Positions 29,682 to 39,626 of a stretch of DNA of 64,000 bases are shown here, piece after piece. A program made the translations under genes and the position numbers. Source of the DNA: an uncultured Alphaproteobacteria bacterium (lineage in GTDB: Bacteria; Pseudomonadota; Alphaproteobacteria; HIMB59; GCA-002718135); the NCBI GenBank assembly GCA_902572735.1, contig CACGGX010000001.1:50294-114293 (forward strand). Reading direction: 5' to 3'. The notes under the pieces were generated by a model, which was given only the letters and a program-made list of their open reading frames with translations, was not told where the DNA came from and made no database searches. Within the stretch, counting starts at the first letter, position 1. The number at the start of each line of letters is the position of its first letter.

Positions 29682-30380
29682 ATGAAGTTCTTAGTTAATC
29701 CCAGTAAATTTAATGAGATAGCTGATTATATATTTAAGCCAGTACTGATCTTATCAGTCATATTATTCGCTTTAGGATTATTATTTTCCTTCTATCTTTC
29801 ACCAGATGATTATCAGCAAGGATCAACTGTCAGAATAATGTATGTACATGTTCCAAGTGCATGGTTAGCTCTACTAACTTATGCAGTAATGACTCTTTAT
29901 AGCATTGCAGCGCTTGCTTTTCGAATACCTTTTGGTTTTATTTTTAATACAGCAGTAGCTCCAATAGGAGCAGTTTTTACTTTAATATGTATAATCAGTG
30001 GATCTTTGTGGGGAAAACCAATGTGGGGAACTTGGTGGGTGTGGGATGCACGTTTAACTTCTGTTGCAATTCTTTTTATTATCTATCTAATTATTATTTT
30101 TATGAATTTATCATTTGAAAATAGGATTGTAAGAGAAAAAGTCGTTGCAATATTTATTCTTGTTGGATCAGTAAACCTACCAATAGTTAAATTTTCTGTA
30201 GATTGGTGGAATACACTACATCAACCAGCAACAATAAGTAAATTATCAAAACCCAGTATTGATCCTTCTATGTTGACACCTTTAATTATTATGACATTTG
30301 CATTTATGATGATTGGAATAGCAATAGCTATTTTAAGAATAAAAACAGAGATAATTTCAAGAAAATCTAATTTAAGTTAA
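29682..30380 (+). CDS. ccmC: heme exporter CcmC
   Basis: YVHVPSAW, WGKPMWGTWWVWDARLT, WWNTLHQ. Confidence 0.97.
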   Translation: MKFLVNPSKFNEIADYIFKPVLILSVILFALGLLFSFYLSPDDYQQGSTVRIMYVHVPSAWLALLTYAVMTLYSIAALAFRIPFGFIFNTAVAPIGAVFTLICIISGSLWGKPMWGTWWVWDARLTSVAILFIIYLIIIFMNLSFENRIVREKVVAIFILVGSVNLPIVKFSVDWWNTLHQPATISKLSKPSIDPSMLTPLIIMTFAFMMIGIAIAILRIKTEIISRKSNLS

Positions 30381-30441
30381 TTTGTGACTTTTAGTCCATT
30401 GGATTAAGTATCATTCCTAAGTATTTTTGTTATTAGACAGT

Positions 30442-30546
30442 ATGTATTTTTGGTATATTTTAGGATCTTATATTGCAGCCTTTCTTTTAATTTTTTTGTT
30501 ATTATTTTTTAGTTACTTAAAACTTAAAAGAATAAAAAATAAATGA
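30442..30546 (+). CDS. ccmD: CcmD-like small membrane protein (34 aa), not in the ORF track
   Basis: MYFWYILGSYIAAFLLIFLLLFFSYLKLKRIKNK; one TM plus basic tail, lies between ccmC and ccmE, ATGA overlap with ccmE. Confidence 0.75.
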   Translation: MYFWYILGSYIAAFLLIFLLLFFSYLKLKRIKNK

Positions 30547-30983
30547 GCTTACGCTTTCAAAGATTACTACTTATATTTCTTACTTTGGTAATTATACTAA
30601 GTGCAGTCCTACTTATTTTATATAATACAAGAGAAAATGTGTCGTATTTCTATACACCATCTGAAATTGATAAATCAGATATCATAATAAATAAAATAAT
30701 AAGAATAGGAGGTTTTGTTGAAAATAATAGTTTTAATAAAATTTCTTCAAGTTCATTTAAATTTAAAATTACTGATGAAAAAGCATCTATACTTGTTACT
30801 TTCAAAGGCATTCTTCCTGATTTATTTAGAGAAGGGCAAGGTGCAGTGATAGAGGGTGCTTTTGTTGATAAAAATATTTTTAATGCAACTAACGTTTTTG
30901 CAAAACATGATGAAAATTATATGCCAGCATCAATAAAAGAAGATCTGAAAGATACAGGTTATTGGAATAAAGAATATAAATGA
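30543..30983 (+). CDS. ccmE: heme chaperone CcmE
   Basis: YFYTPSE, RIGG, LPDLFREGQG, AKHDENYMP. Confidence 0.97.
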   Translation: MSLRFQRLLLIFLTLVIILSAVLLILYNTRENVSYFYTPSEIDKSDIIINKIIRIGGFVENNSFNKISSSSFKFKITDEKASILVTFKGILPDLFREGQGAVIEGAFVDKNIFNATNVFAKHDENYMPASIKEDLKDTGYWNKEYK

Positions 30984-32842
30984 GTTCATTAGTTGGTTTT
31001 TTTAGCTTAGTTTTTGCCATAGGTATTAATTTTTACTTATTTTTATCTAGATACATATTTAAATTTCAAAAACAGAAATTTAATTTATTCATCCGCTTTT
31101 CATCCTTATTAACTTTGTTGTCTTTTTTTTCATTAATGTATGCCTATGTGGTATCTGATTTCTCAAATTATAATGTCTTTCAAAACTCTCACTCAAATAA
31201 ACCGCTAATATATAAAATTTCAGGTACTTGGGGGAATCATGAAGGTTCGATGCTTCTGTGGCTTTGTATATTATCTATCTTTAGCTTATTTTTTTCTTTT
31301 ACTAGAAATATAGAGGATAATTTTCAAAAATTAACTTTGATTATTCAGGCTTTTCTTCATACTTTGTTTGGTCTATTTATAGTTTTTACCTCTAATCCTT
31401 TTCTCGTTAATTCAATATTAGTAAACGAGGGTTTAGGTTTAAATCCTATTTTACAAGATCCTGGGTTGGCTGTTCATCCTCCAATTTTATATGCTGGTTA
31501 TGTTGGTTATTCTATAGTTTTCAGTATTGCAATAGCTGGTTTATTTCAAAATACAGATGATGAATGGATATATGTTGCTAAAAAATGGTCATTAATTAGT
31601 TGGACTTTTTTAACTGGAGGAATAGCTCTTGGTTCTTATTGGGCATATTATGAATTAGGATGGGGTGGTTGGTGGTTTTGGGATCCAGTTGAAAATATTT
31701 CACTAATGCCTTGGATTGCTGGACTTGCATTAGTTCATTCACTCATGATGGTAAGAGGTGAGCAAGCTATTAAAAAATGGATAGTTTTTTTATCAATTCT
31801 TTGCTTTTCATTAAGTGTTTTTGGAACATTTTTGGTAAGATCTGGAATCTTAACAAGCGTACATTCATTTGCAGCAGACGCATCCAGAGGCATATTTATA
31901 TTACTAATTTTTTTTATTGTAACTGGATTTGGTTTTTTAGTTTTTTTGTTAAAAGAACCAAAAAAATCAAATGCTTTAAACTTATTATTTATCAATAAGG
32001 TTTCAGCGCTTGTAATAAATAATATTTTAATGATTATAGCTACCTTAACTATTCTTTTAGGAACTATATACCCAATTATAATTGAAGTTTTGTATAATAA
32101 GAGAATATCAGTTGGAGGCCCTTATTTTAATGCAACAGTAATTCCTATAATGGTCCCTGGTTTTTTATTAATGAGTATTGCACCAATTTTATCCTGGCAA
32201 ACAAATAAGATACGAAATTCAAAAAAATATGTACTAGGTTTTATTACCTTAAGTATTTTAGTTTTAATTCAATCATATTTTTTGGATTTTAATACATGGG
32301 GTTTTGTAGGGCTACTTTTAGGTTTTTGGATAGTATTGGCTTCAATTATTGCTATATTTTCTTCGTATAAAATTAAAATTAACATTAAGTTTTTTAAAAT
32401 AATTAATCCTCATGTAGCGCATATTGGTGTTGGTATTGCTATAATTGGTATCACTTGTTCTAGTGTTTTTCAAAATGAGTTAGATTTTAACCTTAATGAG
32501 GGAGATAAGTTTAATGTAAATGGAAAAACAGTTTTGTTTGAAAAAATAGAAATAATTAATGAGACTAATTTTCAATCTTTAAGAGGAAAATTTTTGTTTG
32601 ATATTGAAAAAAATCAATCAAAAGAAATAGAGGCTGGAAAAAATTATTATCCAGTGTCAAAGATGATTACATCTGAAGCTGGTATTTTACATCAGTGGAA
32701 TAAGGACATATATTTTATCCTTGGTGATCAAAAAAATAATGAGTGGTTTGTAAAAGTTTTAATTAATCCATTTGTTAGCTTTATATGGCTTGGAGTGATA
32801 ATAATGATGTATTCAGGTTTAATAGCAGTTTCTAGAAGATGA
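30980..32842 (+). CDS. ccmF: cytochrome c heme lyase CcmF
   Basis: WGNHEGS, HPPILY, WAYYELGWGGWWFWDPVEN, SVHSFA. Confidence 0.97.
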   Translation: MSSLVGFFSLVFAIGINFYLFLSRYIFKFQKQKFNLFIRFSSLLTLLSFFSLMYAYVVSDFSNYNVFQNSHSNKPLIYKISGTWGNHEGSMLLWLCILSIFSLFFSFTRNIEDNFQKLTLIIQAFLHTLFGLFIVFTSNPFLVNSILVNEGLGLNPILQDPGLAVHPPILYAGYVGYSIVFSIAIAGLFQNTDDEWIYVAKKWSLISWTFLTGGIALGSYWAYYELGWGGWWFWDPVENISLMPWIAGLALVHSLMMVRGEQAIKKWIVFLSILCFSLSVFGTFLVRSGILTSVHSFAADASRGIFILLIFFIVTGFGFLVFLLKEPKKSNALNLLFINKVSALVINNILMIIATLTILLGTIYPIIIEVLYNKRISVGGPYFNATVIPIMVPGFLLMSIAPILSWQTNKIRNSKKYVLGFITLSILVLIQSYFLDFNTWGFVGLLLGFWIVLASIIAIFSSYKIKINIKFFKIINPHVAHIGVGIAIIGITCSSVFQNELDFNLNEGDKFNVNGKTVLFEKIEIINETNFQSLRGKFLFDIEKNQSKEIEAGKNYYPVSKMITSEAGILHQWNKDIYFILGDQKNNEWFVKVLINPFVSFIWLGVIIMMYSGLIAVSRR

Positions 32843-33363
32843 ACAGGATATTTATTTTAACACCATTAATAGTACTTTTAATCATATGTATTTTTTCACT
32901 AGTTTATTTATTAAGTGGTAAAGATCCTAATAAACCACCGAGTGCACTCTTAAATAAAGATGTTCCTATTTTTGAAAGTAGTTCTTTGTATAATGCAAAG
33001 GATATAATCAAAACAAAAGATATAAAAAATAAGAAGACCTTAATTAATTTTTTTGCTTCTTGGTGTAGTCCTTGTAAAATAGAGCATCCACTTTTTTTTG
33101 AAATACGTAAAAAATATCCTGAACTATATTTGTTGGGATTTAACCACAAAGATCCAACTTCTGATGCAAAAAAATATTTAAAGGATGATGGAAACCCATA
33201 CGATTTTGTTGGTGTAGACTCTGATGGTTTAATTGCATTAGAATTTGGTGTTTTTGGTCTACCAGAAACGTATTTAATTAATGAGGATGGGAAGATTATC
33301 TATAAATTTATGGGTCCGATAACAATGGATATTTTAAAAAATGAAATTGAGCCGCTTCTATAA
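32839..33363 (+). CDS. ccmG: thiol:disulfide oxidoreductase CcmG/DsbE
   Basis: FASWCSPC, GVFGLPETY. Confidence 0.93.
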   Translation: MNRIFILTPLIVLLIICIFSLVYLLSGKDPNKPPSALLNKDVPIFESSSLYNAKDIIKTKDIKNKKTLINFFASWCSPCKIEHPLFFEIRKKYPELYLLGFNHKDPTSDAKKYLKDDGNPYDFVGVDSDGLIALEFGVFGLPETYLINEDGKIIYKFMGPITMDILKNEIEPLL

Positions 33364-33727
33364 TTTTTTATATATAATAATCTTAAGTTTTGTGTTTTTT
33401 ACTTTAAAAATATTTGCAGTTGAAAATATTGATGAGAGAGTAAAAAAAATAACTTTAGAGTTGCGATGCATGACGTGTCAAAATCAAAGCATTTATGACT
33501 CAGATGCAGAATTCTCAAATGATATTAAAAAAATAGTTAAAAATAAGTTGAAAGCTGGAGAAAGTGAACGAGATATTAAGAAATTTTTAGTTGAAAGATA
33601 TGGTGAATACATTCTTTTTAGACCATTAATGAATTATAATAATATTTTTCTTTGGAGTTTTCCTTTTATATTACTAATAATTGGCTTGTTTTTTGTATTA
33701 ATTAAGAGCAAACGAAACAAGGTCTGA
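33341..33727 (+). CDS. ccmH: cytochrome c biogenesis protein CcmH (CycL)
   Basis: LRCMTCQNQSI, ERYGEYIL. Confidence 0.93.
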   Translation: MKLSRFYNFLYIIILSFVFFTLKIFAVENIDERVKKITLELRCMTCQNQSIYDSDAEFSNDIKKIVKNKLKAGESERDIKKFLVERYGEYILFRPLMNYNNIFLWSFPFILLIIGLFFVLIKSKRNKV

Positions 33728-33804
33728 AACAATTTATTTTGTTTTTTTTTATTTAGCTTATATGGTTTCCCTATAATTTAGAAATACTTCTTCAAGGAGG
33801 AAAC

Positions 33805-34638
33805 GTGAAAAAAATTTTAATATACTTATTATCAATTGGTATTTTTGGAGTTGCTTCAATTGCAAATTCACAAACAATAAGAATTGGTACAGAAGGTGCT
33901 TACCCACCATGGAATAATCTTAATTCTGCAGGTGAACTAGAAGGTGCTGAAATAGACTTTGGTAATGAAGCTTGCAAGCGCATGGGTGTTACTTGTGAAT
34001 GGGTAACTCAGGATTGGGATGGTATAATACCTGCCCTTCTTCAAGGTAAATATGACATAATTATTGCTGGAATGTCGATCACCGAAGAGAGAAAAGAAAA
34101 AGTTAATTTTACTACTGGATATATGACAGATGGCGCAAGATTTGCTGTTTTAAAAAATAGTGGTTTAGCAAATTTAAATATTTCAGGAATGGCTAAAGTT
34201 AATCTTAATAATGCAGGTGGAAAAGAACAAGCTGCAATAGGTCAATTAATTGCTGCAATGGATGGTAAAACTGTCTGTGTTCAATCTTCAACAATTCATC
34301 AAAATTTCTTAGAAAAACACATGTCTGGTGCAGTCGATGTTAAACTGTATCAAGCAGTTGATGATCACAATTTAGATTTAGCTGCCGGAAGATGTGATGC
34401 GATTCTAGCTGACGTTGGATCAATTATTGACTTTATGGAATCTGATGGTGGTGTTGATGTTGCATTTACTGGCCCAACTTTTTCTGGTGGTGTTTTCGGT
34501 GATGGTGTTGGCGGAGCTGTTAGAAAAGAAGATACAGAAATCTTAGAGATGTGGAATGCTGCAATTGCTGAAATGTCAAAAGATGGAACTACTGCAGAAA
34601 TTACAAAAGAGTGGTTTGGTAGAGATATTTCTATGTAA
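33805..34638 (+). CDS. polar amino-acid/opine ABC substrate-binding protein (family 3), orphan
   Basis: Signal peptide, IGTEGAYPPWN, QDWDGIIPAL, MSITEERK; AAGGAGG RBS and GTG start. Confidence 0.92.
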   Translation: MKKILIYLLSIGIFGVASIANSQTIRIGTEGAYPPWNNLNSAGELEGAEIDFGNEACKRMGVTCEWVTQDWDGIIPALLQGKYDIIIAGMSITEERKEKVNFTTGYMTDGARFAVLKNSGLANLNISGMAKVNLNNAGGKEQAAIGQLIAAMDGKTVCVQSSTIHQNFLEKHMSGAVDVKLYQAVDDHNLDLAAGRCDAILADVGSIIDFMESDGGVDVAFTGPTFSGGVFGDGVGGAVRKEDTEILEMWNAAIAEMSKDGTTAEITKEWFGRDISM

Positions 34639-34657
34639 TTTAAATAACATTTAATTT

Positions 34658-34687
34658 AAAAAGCGGTCTAACAAGACCGCTTTTTTT
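34658..34687 (+). terminator. intrinsic terminator (potentially bidirectional)
   Basis: aaaaaGCGGTCT-aaca-AGACCGC-T7. Confidence 0.85.
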
Positions 34688-35347
34688 ATGACTAAAAATT
34701 ATCCCTCAGAAAATTATTACAAAAATTTAAATTATTACAAAGATATGCATATAAATGGCTATCATTTAATTGATGGAAGAAAAAGAGATGCAAAAAATGC
34801 ATATGATGGAAAAAGTACTTTAGCTTTTGCACCAATTATTAAGAAAATTATTACTTATGAAAATATTAACAACATGATTGATTACGGCTGCGGAAAAGGA
34901 AATTTTTATAGAAATGATTTTAATCTTGGAAATAAAAAAATACCAGCTCTAAGTAAATTTTGGAATATTGATATAAAATTATATGATCCGTGTTATGAAA
35001 AATATTCAAAATTTTCAAAAGATGAAACTTTTGATTTAACAATTTGCATAGATGTCCTCGAGCATATTCCTGAAACTGATATAGAATGGATACTTGAAAG
35101 ATTTTTAAAAATATCAAAAAAATTTATTTTTATTAATGTAGCATGTTATGAAGCGATTGCTTTGTTACCTGATGGTAAAAATGCTCACATAAATATTCAA
35201 AAACCAAACTGGTGGTCAAATAAAATTGAAAATTTACTAGAAAATCAAAAAGAAGTAAAAGTAATTTGTATTTGTACTATTAAAGATGATGGTAAAGTAA
35301 AACATATTCCTTTAGAATATGGATGCAAAATCAAAGACTATTTATAA
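34688..35347 (+). CDS. class I SAM-dependent methyltransferase
   Basis: IDYGCGKG, LYDP, ICIDVLEHIPE, NAHI...WW. Confidence 0.8.
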   Translation: MTKNYPSENYYKNLNYYKDMHINGYHLIDGRKRDAKNAYDGKSTLAFAPIIKKIITYENINNMIDYGCGKGNFYRNDFNLGNKKIPALSKFWNIDIKLYDPCYEKYSKFSKDETFDLTICIDVLEHIPETDIEWILERFLKISKKFIFINVACYEAIALLPDGKNAHINIQKPNWWSNKIENLLENQKEVKVICICTIKDDGKVKHIPLEYGCKIKDYL

Positions 35348-35629
35348 ATGAATTCACTATTATATTTAATTATTCAAATTATTAACTTATTTCAGTTTAT
35401 TTTGATTGTTTACGTTATTTTAACTTGGTTAGTAAACTTTAATGTAATTAATACTGGTAATCGATTTGTTTATAGCATCCTTGACACTTTATATAGATTG
35501 TGTGAACCAAGTTTAAATTTAGTTAGAAGATACTTACCTAATTTTGGAGCATTAGATTTATCTCCTATTGTTGTTTATCTAGGTTTGTGGTTTATTAAAA
35601 GTTTGCTAATTGAGTATTGGCCAAGATAA
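35348..35629 (+). CDS. YggT-family membrane protein
   Basis: LYRLCEP...RRYLPNFGALDLSP. Confidence 0.9.
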   Translation: MNSLLYLIIQIINLFQFILIVYVILTWLVNFNVINTGNRFVYSILDTLYRLCEPSLNLVRRYLPNFGALDLSPIVVYLGLWFIKSLLIEYWPR

Positions 35630-35631
35630 TT

Positions 35632-36510
35632 ATGTCACATATTTTAGATGGAAAAAAAGTAGCACAAAAATTAAAAGATAGGCTTAAAATAGAAATTGAA
35701 AATATAAAATCTAAATTTGATTGTGTTCCCGGATTGGCTGTAGTTCAAGTAGGAAATGTTGCTGCAAGTAGTGTGTATGTTAAAGCTAAAACAAAAGCTG
35801 CGAAGGAAGTAGGAATTAACGTCTTTGATCATCATTTAGAGGCGACAACTAATCAAGATGAATTAATCAATTTAATTAATCAATTAAATAATAGTGAAGA
35901 TGTTGATGGTATCCTTGTTCAGCTACCTCTACCCAAAACAATAAATGAAGAAGTTGTATTAAATAGTATATTACCAGAAAAAGATGCTGATGGTTTTCAT
36001 CCTCTAAATGTAGGAAAGCTCTCAATTAGCCCGAAGAATGATGAAAATTTAATGATACCTTGTACCCCTTATGGCTGTCTACTACTTCTGAGAGAGCTTG
36101 ATATAGAGTTCGCTGGTAAAAATGCCGTTGTAATAGGAAGATCAAATATAGTTGGAAAACCTATGGCTCAATTATTATTAAAAGAATCTTGTACTGTTAC
36201 AACAGTACATTCTAAAACTCAGAATATTGAAGACATTTGCAAAAAAGCAGACATTCTAATTGCCGCTGTAGGAAAACCTGAATTTGTAAACAAAGATTGG
36301 GTAAAGGAAGGGGCAATTATTATTGATGTTGGTATAAATAGAGTCAAAATAAATGAAGAAAAATCAAAGCTAGTTGGAGATGTTTTATTTAGCGACGTAG
36401 AAAATAGGGTAAGTGCAATATCTCCGGTACCTGGAGGTGTAGGACCGATGACAATTGCATGCCTTTTAAGAAACACAACTATTTCATGCAAAAATCGATT
36501 AATTAATTAA
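35632..36510 (+). CDS. folD: methylenetetrahydrofolate dehydrogenase/cyclohydrolase
   Basis: ILDGK, GILVQLPLP, KDADGFHP, PCTP, GRSNIVGKP, PVPGGVGPMT. Confidence 0.97.
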   Translation: MSHILDGKKVAQKLKDRLKIEIENIKSKFDCVPGLAVVQVGNVAASSVYVKAKTKAAKEVGINVFDHHLEATTNQDELINLINQLNNSEDVDGILVQLPLPKTINEEVVLNSILPEKDADGFHPLNVGKLSISPKNDENLMIPCTPYGCLLLLRELDIEFAGKNAVVIGRSNIVGKPMAQLLLKESCTVTTVHSKTQNIEDICKKADILIAAVGKPEFVNKDWVKEGAIIIDVGINRVKINEEKSKLVGDVLFSDVENRVSAISPVPGGVGPMTIACLLRNTTISCKNRLIN

Positions 36511-37352
36511 CTAATCTTATTAATATATTTCAAAAATACATCTACTGAGATTGCTTTTCTAGCTTCCTCACAATGACTACACAATTTTTTATACTCTCCA
36601 CACGGAGATAAATTATGATCATAATATATATTCTCATGGAAATCATAACCAATTGCTTCAGGGGTTATCCAACCTCCAAAATATAAAACTGCTTTTTTAT
36701 TTAAAGCTGCGGCTACGTGCCCAAATCCTCCTTCAGGACCAACGTAAAAATCTGCTTCATTTAAAACAGCACATGCTAGACGAAAATCCATATCATTAGG
36801 AGAAAAAACTGATAAGTTTTTTTTACTTTCCTTGTGAACCGATTGAATTACTAAAAAATCTTTTGTTAGTACATCAATTAGTTTTTGCCAATTTTTTGCT
36901 CCCCAATCTTTATTTTGATGCTTGATACTAAATTGCCGATTATGAATTTTTGTAGATGAAGTTTCTAAAAAAATAATTTTTTTATAATTCTTTTTATTTG
37001 TTCTTCTCCAAAATTTTATTGCTTCTAGAATTATTTTCTTTGCTTCTACTTTTTCTTTCTTAGTAAAATAAATTTCTCCAGGATTAGGTTTAAATTTTTT
37101 CCAAACATAATTTGTATTAGTGCTTTTTTCATAATCAATATAGGGTCTATTGTATGGATGATAATCAATAATATGTGTGGGTTTACTTTTCTCTAGATTT
37201 CTACAATCAGATATATTTGGATTATTATCGTATACTATAGAATGATAGGCGCTTTGCTTTTTTGCTTCACCGATTACAATTTGTCTATCTGGAAATTGTT
37301 TTTTAAGTTTTGACGCTAATTTTGTTATTAGTAAATCGTCACCGTAACCCAT
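36507..37352 (-). CDS. GT9 (heptosyltransferase)-like glycosyltransferase
   Basis: N-terminal MGYGDD, KDWG..NW, YVGPEGGFGHVAAAL, LYFGG. Confidence 0.65.
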   Translation of the reverse strand: MGYGDDLLITKLASKLKKQFPDRQIVIGEAKKQSAYHSIVYDNNPNISDCRNLEKSKPTHIIDYHPYNRPYIDYEKSTNTNYVWKKFKPNPGEIYFTKKEKVEAKKIILEAIKFWRRTNKKNYKKIIFLETSSTKIHNRQFSIKHQNKDWGAKNWQKLIDVLTKDFLVIQSVHKESKKNLSVFSPNDMDFRLACAVLNEADFYVGPEGGFGHVAAALNKKAVLYFGGWITPEAIGYDFHENIYYDHNLSPCGEYKKLCSHCEEARKAISVDVFLKYINKIS

Positions 37353-37355
37353 TTA

Positions 37356-38546
37356 CTAACGATTGTTTTTTTTAAGTCTAACTGAATTTACTTTTATAAA
37401 TCCTTCTGCATCTTTCTGATTGTAATCTCCAACCTCATCAAATGAAACAAGGGAATTATCATACAAACTATTATTAGATTTTCTTCCTAAAATAATTACG
37501 TTACCCTTAAATACCTTAAGTTTAACTTCCCCATTTACTTTTTTTTGAGTTGAATCAATAAGGCTTTGCATTGCTATTCTTTCTGATGAAAACCAAAATC
37601 CATTATAAATTGTTTCTGCATATTTAGGCATTATCTCATCTTTAAGATGAGCCTCTCCTTTATCTAATGTTATGCTCTCAATTGCTTTTCTTGCATTAAT
37701 TAATATTGTTCCTCCAGGAGTTTCATAGATTCCCCTTGATTTCATTCCAACAAATCTATTTTCCACAAGGTCCACTCTTCCGACACCATGCTTGCCGGCT
37801 ATAAAATTTAATTTTGCTAAAATCTCATGTGGCTTTAAATTATCATTATTTATTAAGACAGGATCGCCATTTTTAAATTCAATTATTAGTTCTTCTGCTT
37901 TATCTGGAGAATCTTCGATACTACTAGTTCTTGAAAAAATATACTCGGGTGGCTCAATCCAAGGATCCTCAAGAAGCTTACCTTCTGAGGAAGTATGTAA
38001 AAGATTTGCATCTGTACTGAATGGAGGTTCGCCCATCTTATCTTTTGGAACTGTGATCTGATTTTTTTCTGCATATTCAATTAGATCTTTTCTGCTTTGG
38101 AATTCCCAATCCCTCCAAGGTGCTATAACTTCGATTTTAGGATTATTTGCATAATAACCTAATTCAAATCTAACTTGATCATTACCTTTGCCAGTAGCGC
38201 CATGAGCTACGGCATCAGCTCCAACGATTTTTGCAATTTCAATTTGTCTTTTTGCTATCAAGGGTCTTGCTATAGCTGTACCCAATAAATATGTTCCTTC
38301 GTAAAGAGTATTTGCTCTGAACATTGGAAAAACGTAATCCCTAACGAACTCTTCTTGTAAATCTTCAATGAATATTTCTTCTACACCTAAATTTTTTGCT
38401 TTAGCCTCAATTGGAGAAAGTTCATCTCCTTGACCTATGTCAGCTGTGAATGTAACTACTGGGCATTCATATTTATTTTGAAGCCACTTAAGAATTACAC
38501 TAGTATCTAATCCGCCAGAATATGCTAAAACAATTTTTTTAGGCAT
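37356..38546 (-). CDS. argG: argininosuccinate synthase
   Basis: [33 protein letters not shown]. Confidence 0.98.
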   Translation of the reverse strand: MPKKIVLAYSGGLDTSVILKWLQNKYECPVVTFTADIGQGDELSPIEAKAKNLGVEEIFIEDLQEEFVRDYVFPMFRANTLYEGTYLLGTAIARPLIAKRQIEIAKIVGADAVAHGATGKGNDQVRFELGYYANNPKIEVIAPWRDWEFQSRKDLIEYAEKNQITVPKDKMGEPPFSTDANLLHTSSEGKLLEDPWIEPPEYIFSRTSSIEDSPDKAEELIIEFKNGDPVLINNDNLKPHEILAKLNFIAGKHGVGRVDLVENRFVGMKSRGIYETPGGTILINARKAIESITLDKGEAHLKDEIMPKYAETIYNGFWFSSERIAMQSLIDSTQKKVNGEVKLKVFKGNVIILGRKSNNSLYDNSLVSFDEVGDYNQKDAEGFIKVNSVRLKKNNR

Positions 38547-39020
38547 TTAGCAATCTTTAGTTAATTTATTATAAGCTGAAGTAAATCCATTAAGTGTGTA
38601 TGTGTCATTTGTTATTGTGCCTCTAGAAGATTCACCACTAACTATAAGCTCAAGTCCTTTTTTCATTGCAAAAATAACTTTATTATCTTCTTCTGTCCAA
38701 GCGGCAGTAGGCACATCTTCAGTTGTATAAAATATGTATTCCCCATTATCAATATTTACAATTATATCAGATGGAACTTTATAATTATAACCTGCTTCTA
38801 TCTGTACTACGGTTTCTGGGTTGCCAATATTTTTATAAACCAGAACGTAGAAGTTTCCTCTCTTCTTATCACTGGGTAAATCTGTCTCTGTAGCTAAGCT
38901 GCCAATATAACAGTACTCATCAGCTTTCTCAAAAGACCATTTACCAACTTCTAGAGCCATTAAAGAACTTGGAAGTGCTACATATAGCGCTATTAAAAAC
39001 TTAAGAATAATTTTCATCAA
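38547..39020 (-). CDS. invasion-associated locus B (IalB)-like secreted protein
   Basis: Signal peptide, W..C, AMKKG..., SSRGT...DTYTLNGFT.AY...C. Confidence 0.75.
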   Translation of the reverse strand: MMKIILKFLIALYVALPSSLMALEVGKWSFEKADEYCYIGSLATETDLPSDKKRGNFYVLVYKNIGNPETVVQIEAGYNYKVPSDIIVNIDNGEYIFYTTEDVPTAAWTEEDNKVIFAMKKGLELIVSGESSRGTITNDTYTLNGFTSAYNKLTKDC

Positions 39021-39089
39021 TTTCTTCTTTTAGTATATCTTATGCAATTAGTTAAGAGCGTTTAATCAATGTTAGAGTCTTTTTAAATT

Positions 39090-39626
39090 ATGGAAAAATC
39101 AAAATTAAATAACTTGATGAAACGAATTCAGAAAGACCGCGACGAAATGGCTTTTTCACAAATTTTTGATTTTTTTGCCCCTAAAGTTAATGCCTATTTT
39201 ATTCAAAATAGGATCAAATTTGAAAGCTCTGAAGAGCTCACGCAAGAGGTCTTAAGTACTGTTTGGGTAAAATCAAACCTATATGATTCAACAAAATCAG
39301 CAGTTTCAACATGGATATTTACTATTGCGAGAAACAAAAAAATAGACTTTTTAAGGAAAAATTCAAAAATTAACTTTAAAGAAGAAGATATAAGAGAATT
39401 TTTGTACCAAGATAGAGAAAGTGACATCAATGAAGAAAATGAGGCAAAAAAACAAATAGAAAGAATAAATAATGAGCTCGATGAACAGCAAAAAATAATG
39501 ATAAAAATGAACTTTTTTGAAAACAAAAGTCATAAAAAAATTGCAGATGAGCTTGAAATTCCATTAGGGACAGTTAAATCAAGAATAAGGCATATTTTAA
39601 CGAAAATGCAGGAATTTTTAAGATGA
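39090..39626 (+). CDS. rpoE: ECF sigma factor (RpoE, ChrR-associated ECF11 type)
   Basis: FAPKV, STWIFTIARNKKID, IPLGTVKSR; ATGA-coupled to the ChrR-like gene. Confidence 0.85.
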   Translation: MEKSKLNNLMKRIQKDRDEMAFSQIFDFFAPKVNAYFIQNRIKFESSEELTQEVLSTVWVKSNLYDSTKSAVSTWIFTIARNKKIDFLRKNSKINFKEEDIREFLYQDRESDINEENEAKKQIERINNELDEQQKIMIKMNFFENKSHKKIADELEIPLGTVKSRIRHILTKMQEFLR

